Shown here: positions 35,533 to 43,090 of the stretch, one piece after another
Layout of the letters: each line of letters starts with the position of its first letter
How positions within the stretch are numbered: the first letter of the stretch is position 1
Virus record (IMG/VR): IMGVR_UViG_3300032255_000004
Location: 1-43,090 of that record
Reading direction: 5' to 3' (one strand)
DNA length: 43,090 bases
Origin: a virus
Taxonomy: Duplodnaviria; Caudoviricetes
The notes under the pieces: model-generated
The model's input: only the letters and a program-made list of their open reading frames with translations
What the model was told of the DNA's origin: nothing
The model's database searches: none
Made by a program: the position numbers and the translations under genes

Positions 35533-35604
35533 CTAAGTACACCACACTAGTAGCACTACAATGAACACGAACCAGAACAAACGATCTCTGGTTTGATCAC
35601 TCAC
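35533..35604 (-). CDS. Possible 23-aa single-TM peptide
   Basis: GTG start; MSDQTRDRLFWFVFIVVLLVWCT*; stop abuts the polymerase ATG; weak RBS. Confidence 0.35.
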   Translation of the reverse strand: MSDQTRDRLFWFVFIVVLLVWCT

Positions 35605-35812
35605 CTTTTTTGCGTGCTTGAACACGGTACTGCACTTCAAGGTAAGTTAATTCCTCGTCGATACGTTCTTGGATAGGGTTAGCAAAGAGTAGTACCAGTG
35701 CTAGAACTATCCATGCGAAAAGTATGAACTCCAAAGGAAGGAACGCACTGATCATTATACCAAGGGCGCATAGCAGAATCATCCAAGGTTTATTGTTTAT
35801 TTTTAGTAGCAT
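35597..35812 (-). CDS. Small membrane protein (2 TM); start uncertain (35812 or 35782)
   Basis: WMILLCALGIMISAFLPLEFILFAWIVLALVLLFA hydrophobic hairpin. Confidence 0.6.
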   Translation of the reverse strand: MLLKINNKPWMILLCALGIMISAFLPLEFILFAWIVLALVLLFANPIQERIDEELTYLEVQYRVQARKKGE

Positions 35813-38336
35813 CCGGATTAATCTCAGGCGCATCGTTGTTCTCCTGTTCAGGTTCAAGTTCTTGTTCAGTCTTGTTCTCAGGATCAGCACTGTTGTCTGA
35901 CTTCTGAAGCTCAGTTAATCTGCCTGTGTTAGCGTTGTAAATCAGAGGTACTTTCCCAGACTCTCCGAAGTTACGGTCCTCAAGCATAGATAGAAATCTA
36001 AGATTTTTCTGTTCCGGTTGTTCAGGATCTTTGTTCCCTTCTAACCCGATCATGTAATAACAGCTTCGCATCATAGCTCTGGAGCCAGCGAACTGTACAC
36101 TTTGGACATGGCCACCACGTTCATGGGGCTTACCTGATTCGGGTTTATTCAAGTGGCAGAACACGTAGTACGTGAAATTCAATTCCTTACTCATGCTTGC
36201 CAGTTCTGAAGCGATCTCGACTAACCTTTCGTTAGCCTCACCTGAACCCATACCCACTGTTAAGCAAGTAATAGGGTCAATTACTACATCACGGACCCCT
36301 TCGGTGATACAGACGTTCCGGATCTCTGCCTTGAGGTCTTTCCACTCTGTCTTACCGTACTGTCCGTACATAATAGCCTTGCCACGGATGATGTTCTTCC
36401 CTCTAGCGAAGGCTCCTGCATCGAACTCAATGCGAGGATCATGGAACACTCGGTCTACTGCAACACCTGCTAACTTCTGTGCTGTTATTGCATTAGATTC
36501 CTCAGGTTTACATAAGAACACATCCAGCCCATGCTCTTTGATAAGGTGAGCAGCGAGTTCATTCACAACACAACTCTTACCCATTTTTACCTTTGTATTC
36601 AATAACTTACGCAACTAAGTTACCCGTTCTCTGATGAACTGCTGCATGTTTCCGTGCAGAATAGACTATATCATCAATCGTTAGATTGCTCACCGCTTCC
36701 ACCACCATAAGCTTGTGGTGTACTCTCTTTCGAGATAGTCGTTGAACTTTACCAAAAATAATCCCGAGAGATTTGCTTCCACGTCTTCCTTCGCCTTATA
36801 TCATCGAATTGATATTTAGTGCAAGAAGGTACTAAGTCTAAAATTTCCCCTCGTTTCATACCGAACGATATGAAAGAACAGATATCTTGAACCTCGTAAT
36901 CCGTTAACTTAGAATTAACGTGTTTCTCTCCCGACGCTCTAAGCTCTAAACTTAGAGCGTGTTGTTTATTTTCTGAACTTGTACACCATCCTAAATTATC
37001 AATACGATTGTCAAGCTTGTCACCGTTTATGTGATTTACTTCCATACCTTCTTGATAACCTATAAAGGTTTCAGCTACTAATCTATGAATAAAAAACCTA
37101 AAAGGCTTACCATCTTTAGATAAAGTAACTCTCTTATAACCACAATTATTTATATCAGGTTTTAATATTTTCCCAGTAACTAAGTTAAACACTAAACCTT
37201 CTTTAGTAATCGCGTACCTTTCAAAGTTTCTAATACTTCTTGATTCATTCATTCTAAACACCTCCTTAGTATTAGACAACTGGACTGGGTAAAAGTTCAC
37301 TGGTCTTAGCTGCTGATTGCCCTCGTCTTTACGTTAGGGGTTCCCAGCAATTCAATGAGTTTATAGCGGGCATGTATCCACCCGCTCCGAAGTAATAACC
37401 TTCACCCCTACGGATACCCCTAGTGAGGGTCGTAAGTCCCGGCCACGGCCACGACAGGCCGTCCTCTGGACGTTTCATAGCATCATCCCATACATCTGAG
37501 CTACGGACTAGCTTATCGCTCAATGGACGTTTAGCTTCCCACACGCAGGAGTTGAACAGTTCTTGCTCCCGACCTTCCATGAGCATATCGTGGGCATCTT
37601 TCAGACTGAAATTAGCTACAACAGCCTTCGGATACATCTTACAAAACGCTTGTGCCGCAGCCTTACCTGCTTCATCTTGGTCCCCGCAGTACACTACTTG
37701 CTTCCAACGGTCGAAGTCCTTGGTGTATTTAGACAACTTATCTACCGTTTTAGTTCCGTGGTGAAGACTAATAACTGCTGGCGGGCGGTCAGATTTGCCC
37801 CTTTCAGAGAGAACTTGGAACAAAGCTAGTGCGTCTTTCTGGCCCTCTGTTATGAACAGCTTGAACCCTCCAGCTTGCACTGCTTGATCCCATCCGAACG
37901 GGTCGCACTCCTGTACATCCCCTATAAAGAAGAACCGTTTATCAGGGACAGTCCGCGCTTGGAATGCTTGAACTTTACCTTGAGCTGTGTACGGGTAGTA
38001 ATGCGACTGAACTACGGAGGCTGTCTCTTGGTCGTAACCTAGACGGACACCGAAATGCTGCATCACATGCTTCTTGATTTTTAAGTCAGGGAGTCCCTCT
38101 ATCGGGAGCTTCTTGATGAACTCGACCTCTTTCTGGATCTGTTCAGGTGATTTACGTTGTGGTTCAGGTGGCGTGTACGATGCGTCTTTGTCACTGTACG
38201 GGTCCTTTACATGAGTATGGCAGGAGAAGCAATAGCCTGTGTACCTACCGTCATCTTCCCTGAAGACCTGTAACCCTCTCGTTGTGCCGCATGAATGCGG
38301 TAATCTTTCTACGTACTTACCTCGTTGCTTTTCCAT
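35790..38336 (-). CDS. Primase-helicase (T7 gp4-like), spliced: exon 1 38336-37380 plus exon 2 36590-35790, 585 aa
   Basis: Zn finger (HSC...CFSC), TOPRIM (ITEGQKDA, GDQDEAG), DnaB-like helicase motifs (VIDPI, CHLNK, FAGSR). Walker A GAG|VKMGKS is restored only by joining the two ORFs. Confidence 0.93.
36591..37379 (-). mobile_element. Group I self-splicing intron (789 nt, IA-like)
   Basis: Exon ends in U and intron ends in G; P1 AGCGGGU/GCCCGCU with U.G at the splice site; P AAUUGCUGGGAA (37341-52), Q AAUCAGCAG (37310-18), R GUUCAACGACUA (36736-47), S GAUGAUAUAGUCU (36663-75); P3 CUCAUUG/CGGUGAG; P7 GACUA/UAGUC. Confidence 0.93.
36749..37252 (-). CDS. Intron-encoded HNH homing endonuclease (NUMOD4/HNH, I-HmuI-like)
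   Basis: AAGGAGG RBS before ATG 37252; IHRLVAETF..VNHINGDKLDNRIDNLGWCTSSEN; AT-rich relative to flanks; lies between Q and R (P6 region). Confidence 0.9.
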   Translation of the reverse strand: MNESRSIRNFERYAITKEGLVFNLVTGKILKPDINNCGYKRVTLSKDGKPFRFFIHRLVAETFIGYQEGMEVNHINGDKLDNRIDNLGWCTSSENKQHALSLELRASGEKHVNSKLTDYEVQDICSFISFGMKRGEILDLVPSCTKYQFDDIRRRKTWKQISRDYFW

Positions 38337-38374
38337 TATCCTCCTTCGGGTTGTTAGTCGCTATAAGTAAAGTG

Positions 38375-38962
38375 TTATTTGTTTAGCTCGTTGGCTTGCT
38401 TGCGTAGTTGGTTTGCATAATCTAATAGCTCACAAGCATCACGCATTGGTAAACGATACTTGTCGCTAGCAGTGGCTTTTACAGCGTCAGTGATACCCTT
38501 GGCTTGTTGGTCTCGGTCACGATGTGCTACCAGTTCACTCTCTTCAGTGTTGTCAATTTCAAGCAACCTCTCGATAGCTTGACCCATATCCATGTGCACC
38601 AATTCAGCGCAGCTTTCGACATTCACAGCTAACCTTATATTTTGAGATTTAAGGTTTTCGACTTCAGCCTCTAACAACCCAATCAATGACTGTGCCTCGT
38701 CGTTTGCTTGTTGTAGCCCGTCAATGCGTTTTTCTTGGTCGCTTATTTGCTCAAGTGCGTTATGGAATTGAACACAATATAAAGCGCTTTCTTCTTCTAG
38801 CTTGGCGTTTGCTTGTTGTAGCTTTAGAAGCTCACCAAGAGACTCCCTTAGCGCTTTGTTTCGGTCCTTTGCATTATTCGGGTAAGTTATTTCTGTTGAA
38901 TATCCACCACTGCAATCATCTGTTGCAGAAGCTAGCCCGCTAGGTAACGTGTATTTACTCAT
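38375..38962 (-). CDS. Hypothetical coiled-coil protein
   Basis: 195 aa; codon usage looks atypical for this genome. Confidence 0.7.
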   Translation of the reverse strand: MSKYTLPSGLASATDDCSGGYSTEITYPNNAKDRNKALRESLGELLKLQQANAKLEEESALYCVQFHNALEQISDQEKRIDGLQQANDEAQSLIGLLEAEVENLKSQNIRLAVNVESCAELVHMDMGQAIERLLEIDNTEESELVAHRDRDQQAKGITDAVKATASDKYRLPMRDACELLDYANQLRKQANELNK

Positions 38963-39024
38963 TACGATTCACCTTTAGCTAACAAAGCTCTGGCCTTTTC
39001 AATTATCTTCTGTAAGTCGTTCAT
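38962..39024 (-). CDS. 20-aa micro-ORF MNDLQKIIEKARALLAKGES
   Basis: AGGAG RBS and TAATG coupling to the next gene. Confidence 0.45.
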   Translation of the reverse strand: MNDLQKIIEKARALLAKGES

Positions 39025-39074
39025 CGTTGTTACTCCTAGTGTTCACAACACCTGTTGTTACCTCGGGTACTCAC

Positions 39075-40217
39075 CTATGGGTGAACATCTAAAGGTTTGA
39101 TACTGATTTGGGATAGCTGGCGCAGATTACGTAGTAACGGTGACTCCTGAATACAGTCAGTTGCTGCTTGTTCTACTGCGAACAGTCCTGATTCAGTGAT
39201 CAGTGAATTACCTACAAACAATCCGTACACCTTAACACCTGAAACTGCAATGCTATCATTGCTTGGTTCTTGATCAGGTAAAGATTGGACAACCTCTGGT
39301 TCAGAAAGTTCAACGGGGTCCTCAGGAATTTCAGCATCGAAATCCAGAGACTGTTGTTCAGGCTCTTGTTCAGTCTCTTCCTCAGTCTCTTCCTCAGGGG
39401 ATTCTATCTGAGAGATGAACGGCTGTTCACCTAGTAATGATCGGATCATACTAGTGTAACGTTCTAAGGTTGTACCCTCTAAGCCAGCAGCTGTGTTCAC
39501 CTCTAGGACGTACGCAGAATTGCGCCGCTGGTTTCGTACTACATCCACAGCACCGAAGTCCAGTCCTAGGGCTTGAACCGAAGCTGTAGCTTGATCAATA
39601 ACATCCTGAGGTACAGTGCTGAAGTTAACACCCTCTCTCATGAATATAAAGCCACCCTGAAGGTTACGTACCTGCCAGTCAACCTCTTGATCAGGTGTGT
39701 TAGAACTACGTGCCTTACGTTGAAGGTCGAACACCTTGTACTCTTGATCTTGATCCTTGAACACATGCACACGGTACTCATCCTGCTTTGGAATGTACAC
39801 TGTGTACAAGTTAGCTCGGACAAGTTCATCAGGATTCGTAGCTATAACAATCCCGTTACCTGAGTTACCGTTCAGTACAGTCCTACACACAATCCTCTTT
39901 CTTGGATTATCTCGGAGGAACTGTGCGGCCTCTGTACGGCTTGTAAAGAACTCAGGGATACTAACCCCTGCCTTAGACAAGATCTCTAGTGTACGGAGCT
40001 TACAGGAAGCATTACGGACACTTTCGAAGCTGTTCAAGACTGGATTGCTGCCTAATCCCTGAGGTGGGAGGTTTCTTCCAGAGTTTCCCCAGTTCACGAT
40101 TGTTCGCTGTAGTCTATGGACTCTAGAGTTTCTCAGGTTAACGCATCTTGTTTGCAATGCTTGTGCTAGTGCTGTTGCAGACCTTGAGCCTGCTTTGTAC
40201 GGAAGTACTATACCCAT
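39075..40217 (-). CDS. ATP-grasp peptide ligase (RimK-like, phiEco32-type) with acidic C-terminal extension
   Basis: VNWGN, KLRTL, GNSGNGI, EYRVHV and LGLDFGAVDV..VLEVNTAAG motifs. Confidence 0.9.
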   Translation of the reverse strand: MGIVLPYKAGSRSATALAQALQTRCVNLRNSRVHRLQRTIVNWGNSGRNLPPQGLGSNPVLNSFESVRNASCKLRTLEILSKAGVSIPEFFTSRTEAAQFLRDNPRKRIVCRTVLNGNSGNGIVIATNPDELVRANLYTVYIPKQDEYRVHVFKDQDQEYKVFDLQRKARSSNTPDQEVDWQVRNLQGGFIFMREGVNFSTVPQDVIDQATASVQALGLDFGAVDVVRNQRRNSAYVLEVNTAAGLEGTTLERYTSMIRSLLGEQPFISQIESPEEETEEETEQEPEQQSLDFDAEIPEDPVELSEPEVVQSLPDQEPSNDSIAVSGVKVYGLFVGNSLITESGLFAVEQAATDCIQESPLLRNLRQLSQISIKPLDVHP

Positions 40218-41356
40218 GTACGGATTCCCCTTACGGTTGCTGATGTATCGGATGTATTGGATGTATCTGGAAACTCTTGCTGTGTAGTCTCACGTAGCAT
40301 GTTCTCTATATCCTGTACGGTTCTACCCTGAAGCCAGTTGAACTGGGTCTGAGGGGGACTCGTAGGACGTGATGCCCGTTCAGGAGATACAGGCTGTGGT
40401 TCTGAGCTAGGTGGTGGGACTAATCCGTACTCAGCTCGCTGGACTACATCATGCAAGCGTTCAATTTCCTTCAGGTGGGAAGCCTTGGCAACGTTCACAG
40501 AATTCGTAACCTGAACTCGAACTAGTACATCATTCAGGGTTTGAATGCCCCGTTCCATGAGGTCGTTAAGGTTCTGCTCATCTTCGAACGTTTGGACTAG
40601 AGCTTCATCCTTGAACACATCAATGAACACATCACGTAACCTCTTACTGAGTTTGATATCTATAAGATCCTCAGGCTTTCTTAAGTTCTCTGTGCTGTAC
40701 TTCTTCATCCGTAGTAAGAACTCTATCAAATTACATGCTCGTTCTTTATCCAGTACAGCATCGAACATGCGGAACTCTACTGTACCCAGATCACGGAACC
40801 TGTTAAAACTTAACCCTGAGTACTTCGATACCGCTGTACCTGAAGGGAATGCAGTGTCACGTTCTAAGATATCGCCTATAAGGTTCATCTGGTGAGTGTT
40901 ACAGTCTACAGGTAAGCAGAACATATTAGACCTACGGGTACTTCCGAACAATCCGAACAGTACATGCTCGAACAAGACACTACAAGCTACGAAGTTCTTG
41001 AACTGCTGCACAGTTAAATCCGTGATGTCGATATGAATATGGGTACTGCATCGTTCTGAGACTGTACAGTTCGAAGACTGGACTACACTGTACAAGGAGT
41101 CCAGTGCCTGTTCAATCTTTGCACCTGACTGAGGACCGTTGAAGATGAATTCCTTACCGTAATTACGTAAAGAGTTATCGTCAATAACCTGTACAAGGTC
41201 ATGGTCCAGTGAACTTGTTGAACCAATGAAGCCCTCTACCTCAAGTTCAATACCTACTGCGGAATTAGAGCAGAACCGTCCTGTATCTTCTGAGTACCGT
41301 ACAGTACGCCAACTGTGAAGATCTCTTAGTTTTAAATTCGAAGTACTTGAAGTCAT
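40208..41356 (-). CDS. Putative amidoligase (COOH-NH2 ligase superfamily)
   Basis: GIELEVE, DNSLR..GKEF, CSTHIH, KYSGLS and TVEFRMF motifs. Confidence 0.88.
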   Translation of the reverse strand: MTSSTSNLKLRDLHSWRTVRYSEDTGRFCSNSAVGIELEVEGFIGSTSSLDHDLVQVIDDNSLRNYGKEFIFNGPQSGAKIEQALDSLYSVVQSSNCTVSERCSTHIHIDITDLTVQQFKNFVACSVLFEHVLFGLFGSTRRSNMFCLPVDCNTHQMNLIGDILERDTAFPSGTAVSKYSGLSFNRFRDLGTVEFRMFDAVLDKERACNLIEFLLRMKKYSTENLRKPEDLIDIKLSKRLRDVFIDVFKDEALVQTFEDEQNLNDLMERGIQTLNDVLVRVQVTNSVNVAKASHLKEIERLHDVVQRAEYGLVPPPSSEPQPVSPERASRPTSPPQTQFNWLQGRTVQDIENMLRETTQQEFPDTSNTSDTSATVRGIRTWV

Positions 41357-42036
41357 ACATCCTCCTGAGGAAGTTCTTGTGCAACACGTTCAGTTAAGCA
41401 CTTAAAAGGTGTGTCGAGTCCATAAAGGTTGTCATTACGTACAACCCCTACAGATAGGATACGGTGAGGGATATAAGCTAACCCTTGGATTACAGCAAGA
41501 CCCCTAAATGGTGTGACCGATTTCTCAGTTACTGGTGGTTGGTACATGAAATTCAGTAAGTAAATCAACTGAGGCAGAACATCATGCACCTCGTTCAGTA
41601 CCATCCTACCCTGTTCAGGTCGGATGTTGTACATCTTCAATCCCTGAGTTGTGAAGGATTTCTTGTAAGAGTTCCTTTGATACGAATTCAGGAGGAACGG
41701 GGTTAAGGCACCTGTATCTCTAGAAGTCCTTGTGTAGAACCCTGTACGGAGTGTGAACACGTACAAGCTCTCGTAATCAACACTGATCCGAGTAGTCCGA
41801 GAGGAGGTACGGTTCAAGACATCTACACGGAACTGTCCATCGTCTGTGCCTGCAACATAGCAAGGCTCGAAGTTATCGTTCAGCTTCACAATACAGAACG
41901 TCCCTCCGTAGTACATACCCATATCATCGTTGCTGTACCCTTCAGATTGTACACGTTTTAAATCTAATGTACTGTTCAGGGGGTTCTGGAACAGTCGCTG
42001 CTTTAAACTTGGAACAGTTGCGTTAGGTGGCATCAT
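41353..42036 (-). CDS. Hypothetical protein in the ligase cluster
   Basis: 227 aa overlapping both neighbours. Confidence 0.75.
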   Translation of the reverse strand: MMPPNATVPSLKQRLFQNPLNSTLDLKRVQSEGYSNDDMGMYYGGTFCIVKLNDNFEPCYVAGTDDGQFRVDVLNRTSSRTTRISVDYESLYVFTLRTGFYTRTSRDTGALTPFLLNSYQRNSYKKSFTTQGLKMYNIRPEQGRMVLNEVHDVLPQLIYLLNFMYQPPVTEKSVTPFRGLAVIQGLAYIPHRILSVGVVRNDNLYGLDTPFKCLTERVAQELPQEDV

Positions 42037-42907
42037 GATCTCCTAATGTATCTGATGTGTTTGATGTATCGGTGAATACAGGTGAGTTCTCTTGGAAACA
42101 CTCAGGTAATTCCCAGATAGCTGGAGTTGACCCCTTTAGAGTCATACGCCCCACTGTGCGATCCATTGCCGAATGTACAGCATTCACTGCTTGTCTGAAG
42201 ATTAAACGTACACTTTCCTCGGAGTGTAGCCAGTACGCTGAAGGATTTCTGTACTCGAACCCGTAAGGTTTGACCCGAATCGCTCGGCCACCGCCGAACA
42301 GCAACCATGCTCTTTGTCTTTCGGGACTGTTAAGGAGCGTCCCTATAATAGATCGTGAGACTTCAAGACAGTCACGAAGGTGGCCTTGGTCTGAGCAGTT
42401 CCGACCTGAAGTGAATCCTATATGGATATGTCCACCAGCGGGTACTTCCTCCGGACTGATTACTTCAGGTCCCCTCATCTGGCGTAAGCTGTACGGTGTA
42501 CAAGATCCCTCATTCTGCTGGATATGGTACTGAGGCTCGCACCCAACATTAAACACTGATTTAGGGATACCCTTGAGGTCATCACGGTTGTACCCCGCTA
42601 GAGCGCCACACAGGAGCTTGTAGCGCCCCTCCTGCTTAGAATCCAGTATCTGCTGGACTTCCTCTAGAGTGACCTTGAGATTATGTACGAAGTCATCCTC
42701 GGTGTACGCAGGATCTGTGCCTATCTCAATCAAGGTTCCGTCAAGTTGGACAGTGCCTTTACTTAGCTTAAAAGGTTTCTCCTTAGTCCCTTGCACAAGC
42801 CCTACAGCTGGAACTATACGAAACAAGGTTGTATCGAATACAAACAGTTCAGGGTCGCAGCCTATAGCAATTTTAACAGCTGGTGGTGGTTTTAATTCAT
42901 CAGTCAT
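42023..42907 (-). CDS. phiEco32-like COOH-NH2 ligase type 2
   Basis: IGCDPELFV, QLDGTLIE, GCEP, AGGHIHIG and RVKPYGFEYRNPS motifs. Confidence 0.9.
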   Translation of the reverse strand: MTDELKPPPAVKIAIGCDPELFVFDTTLFRIVPAVGLVQGTKEKPFKLSKGTVQLDGTLIEIGTDPAYTEDDFVHNLKVTLEEVQQILDSKQEGRYKLLCGALAGYNRDDLKGIPKSVFNVGCEPQYHIQQNEGSCTPYSLRQMRGPEVISPEEVPAGGHIHIGFTSGRNCSDQGHLRDCLEVSRSIIGTLLNSPERQRAWLLFGGGRAIRVKPYGFEYRNPSAYWLHSEESVRLIFRQAVNAVHSAMDRTVGRMTLKGSTPAIWELPECFQENSPVFTDTSNTSDTLGDHDAT

Positions 42908-43090
42908 TTCTGTTTCCTCTATAAATTCAGGTTTAATTAGTGTAACTCTAACGGTTGATTATCGTTGTACGATGTGTACAGTTCACCATAAGCACCTAAC
43001 TCCGCACAATCCCTACACTGGAGTCTATCGTGCTGGATGTACTCACAATGCCTATCTAAGAACTCTGTACTGAAATCAATGCTATCACCA

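Noticed and set aside
35790-38336. Separate primase and helicase genes, a pseudogene, or an intein
   Set aside because: The insertion contains stop codons and complete group I RNA elements; precise removal restores Walker A.

Overview
The window is an apparently complete, circularly permuted genome (~43.1 kb) of a lytic podovirus of the T7 supergroup that encodes no RNA polymerase of its own. Its architecture resembles Zobellviridae / phiRIO-1 / VpV262 / PaP3-like phages; a marine gammaproteobacterial host is an inference. The + strand arm (3452-28744) carries two tailspikes, terminase, portal, scaffold, major capsid, tail tube proteins, internal virion proteins, a second fibre-like module and a holin. 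The - strand arm runs from ~2440 down to 1, wraps to 43090 and continues to 28741. It carries early membrane proteins, a protein with a histone-H1-like tail, a COOH-NH2 ligase/amidoligase/ATP-grasp cluster, primase-helicase, family A DNA polymerase, SSB, exonuclease, endonuclease VII, metallophosphoesterase, DUF5664 and an endolysin. The primase-helicase is split inside its Walker A motif by a well-supported 789-nt group I intron carrying an HNH homing endonuclease. The most unexplained part is the ~1.8 kb mostly non-coding region between the arms (1650-3450). It holds three consensus sigma54 sites, a canonical tandem ArgR (ARG box) operator, 22-bp direct repeats and a ~550-nt ORF-free, highly structured segment with repeated GCAAG motifs (candidate phage ncRNA). 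Also notable are an identical DTSNTSDT tag at the C-termini of two ligases, an unannotated 58-aa protein ending like the redox tail of ribonucleotide reductase, and a polymerase with altered motif A and B residues. All calls come from reading the sequence; no database searches were run.
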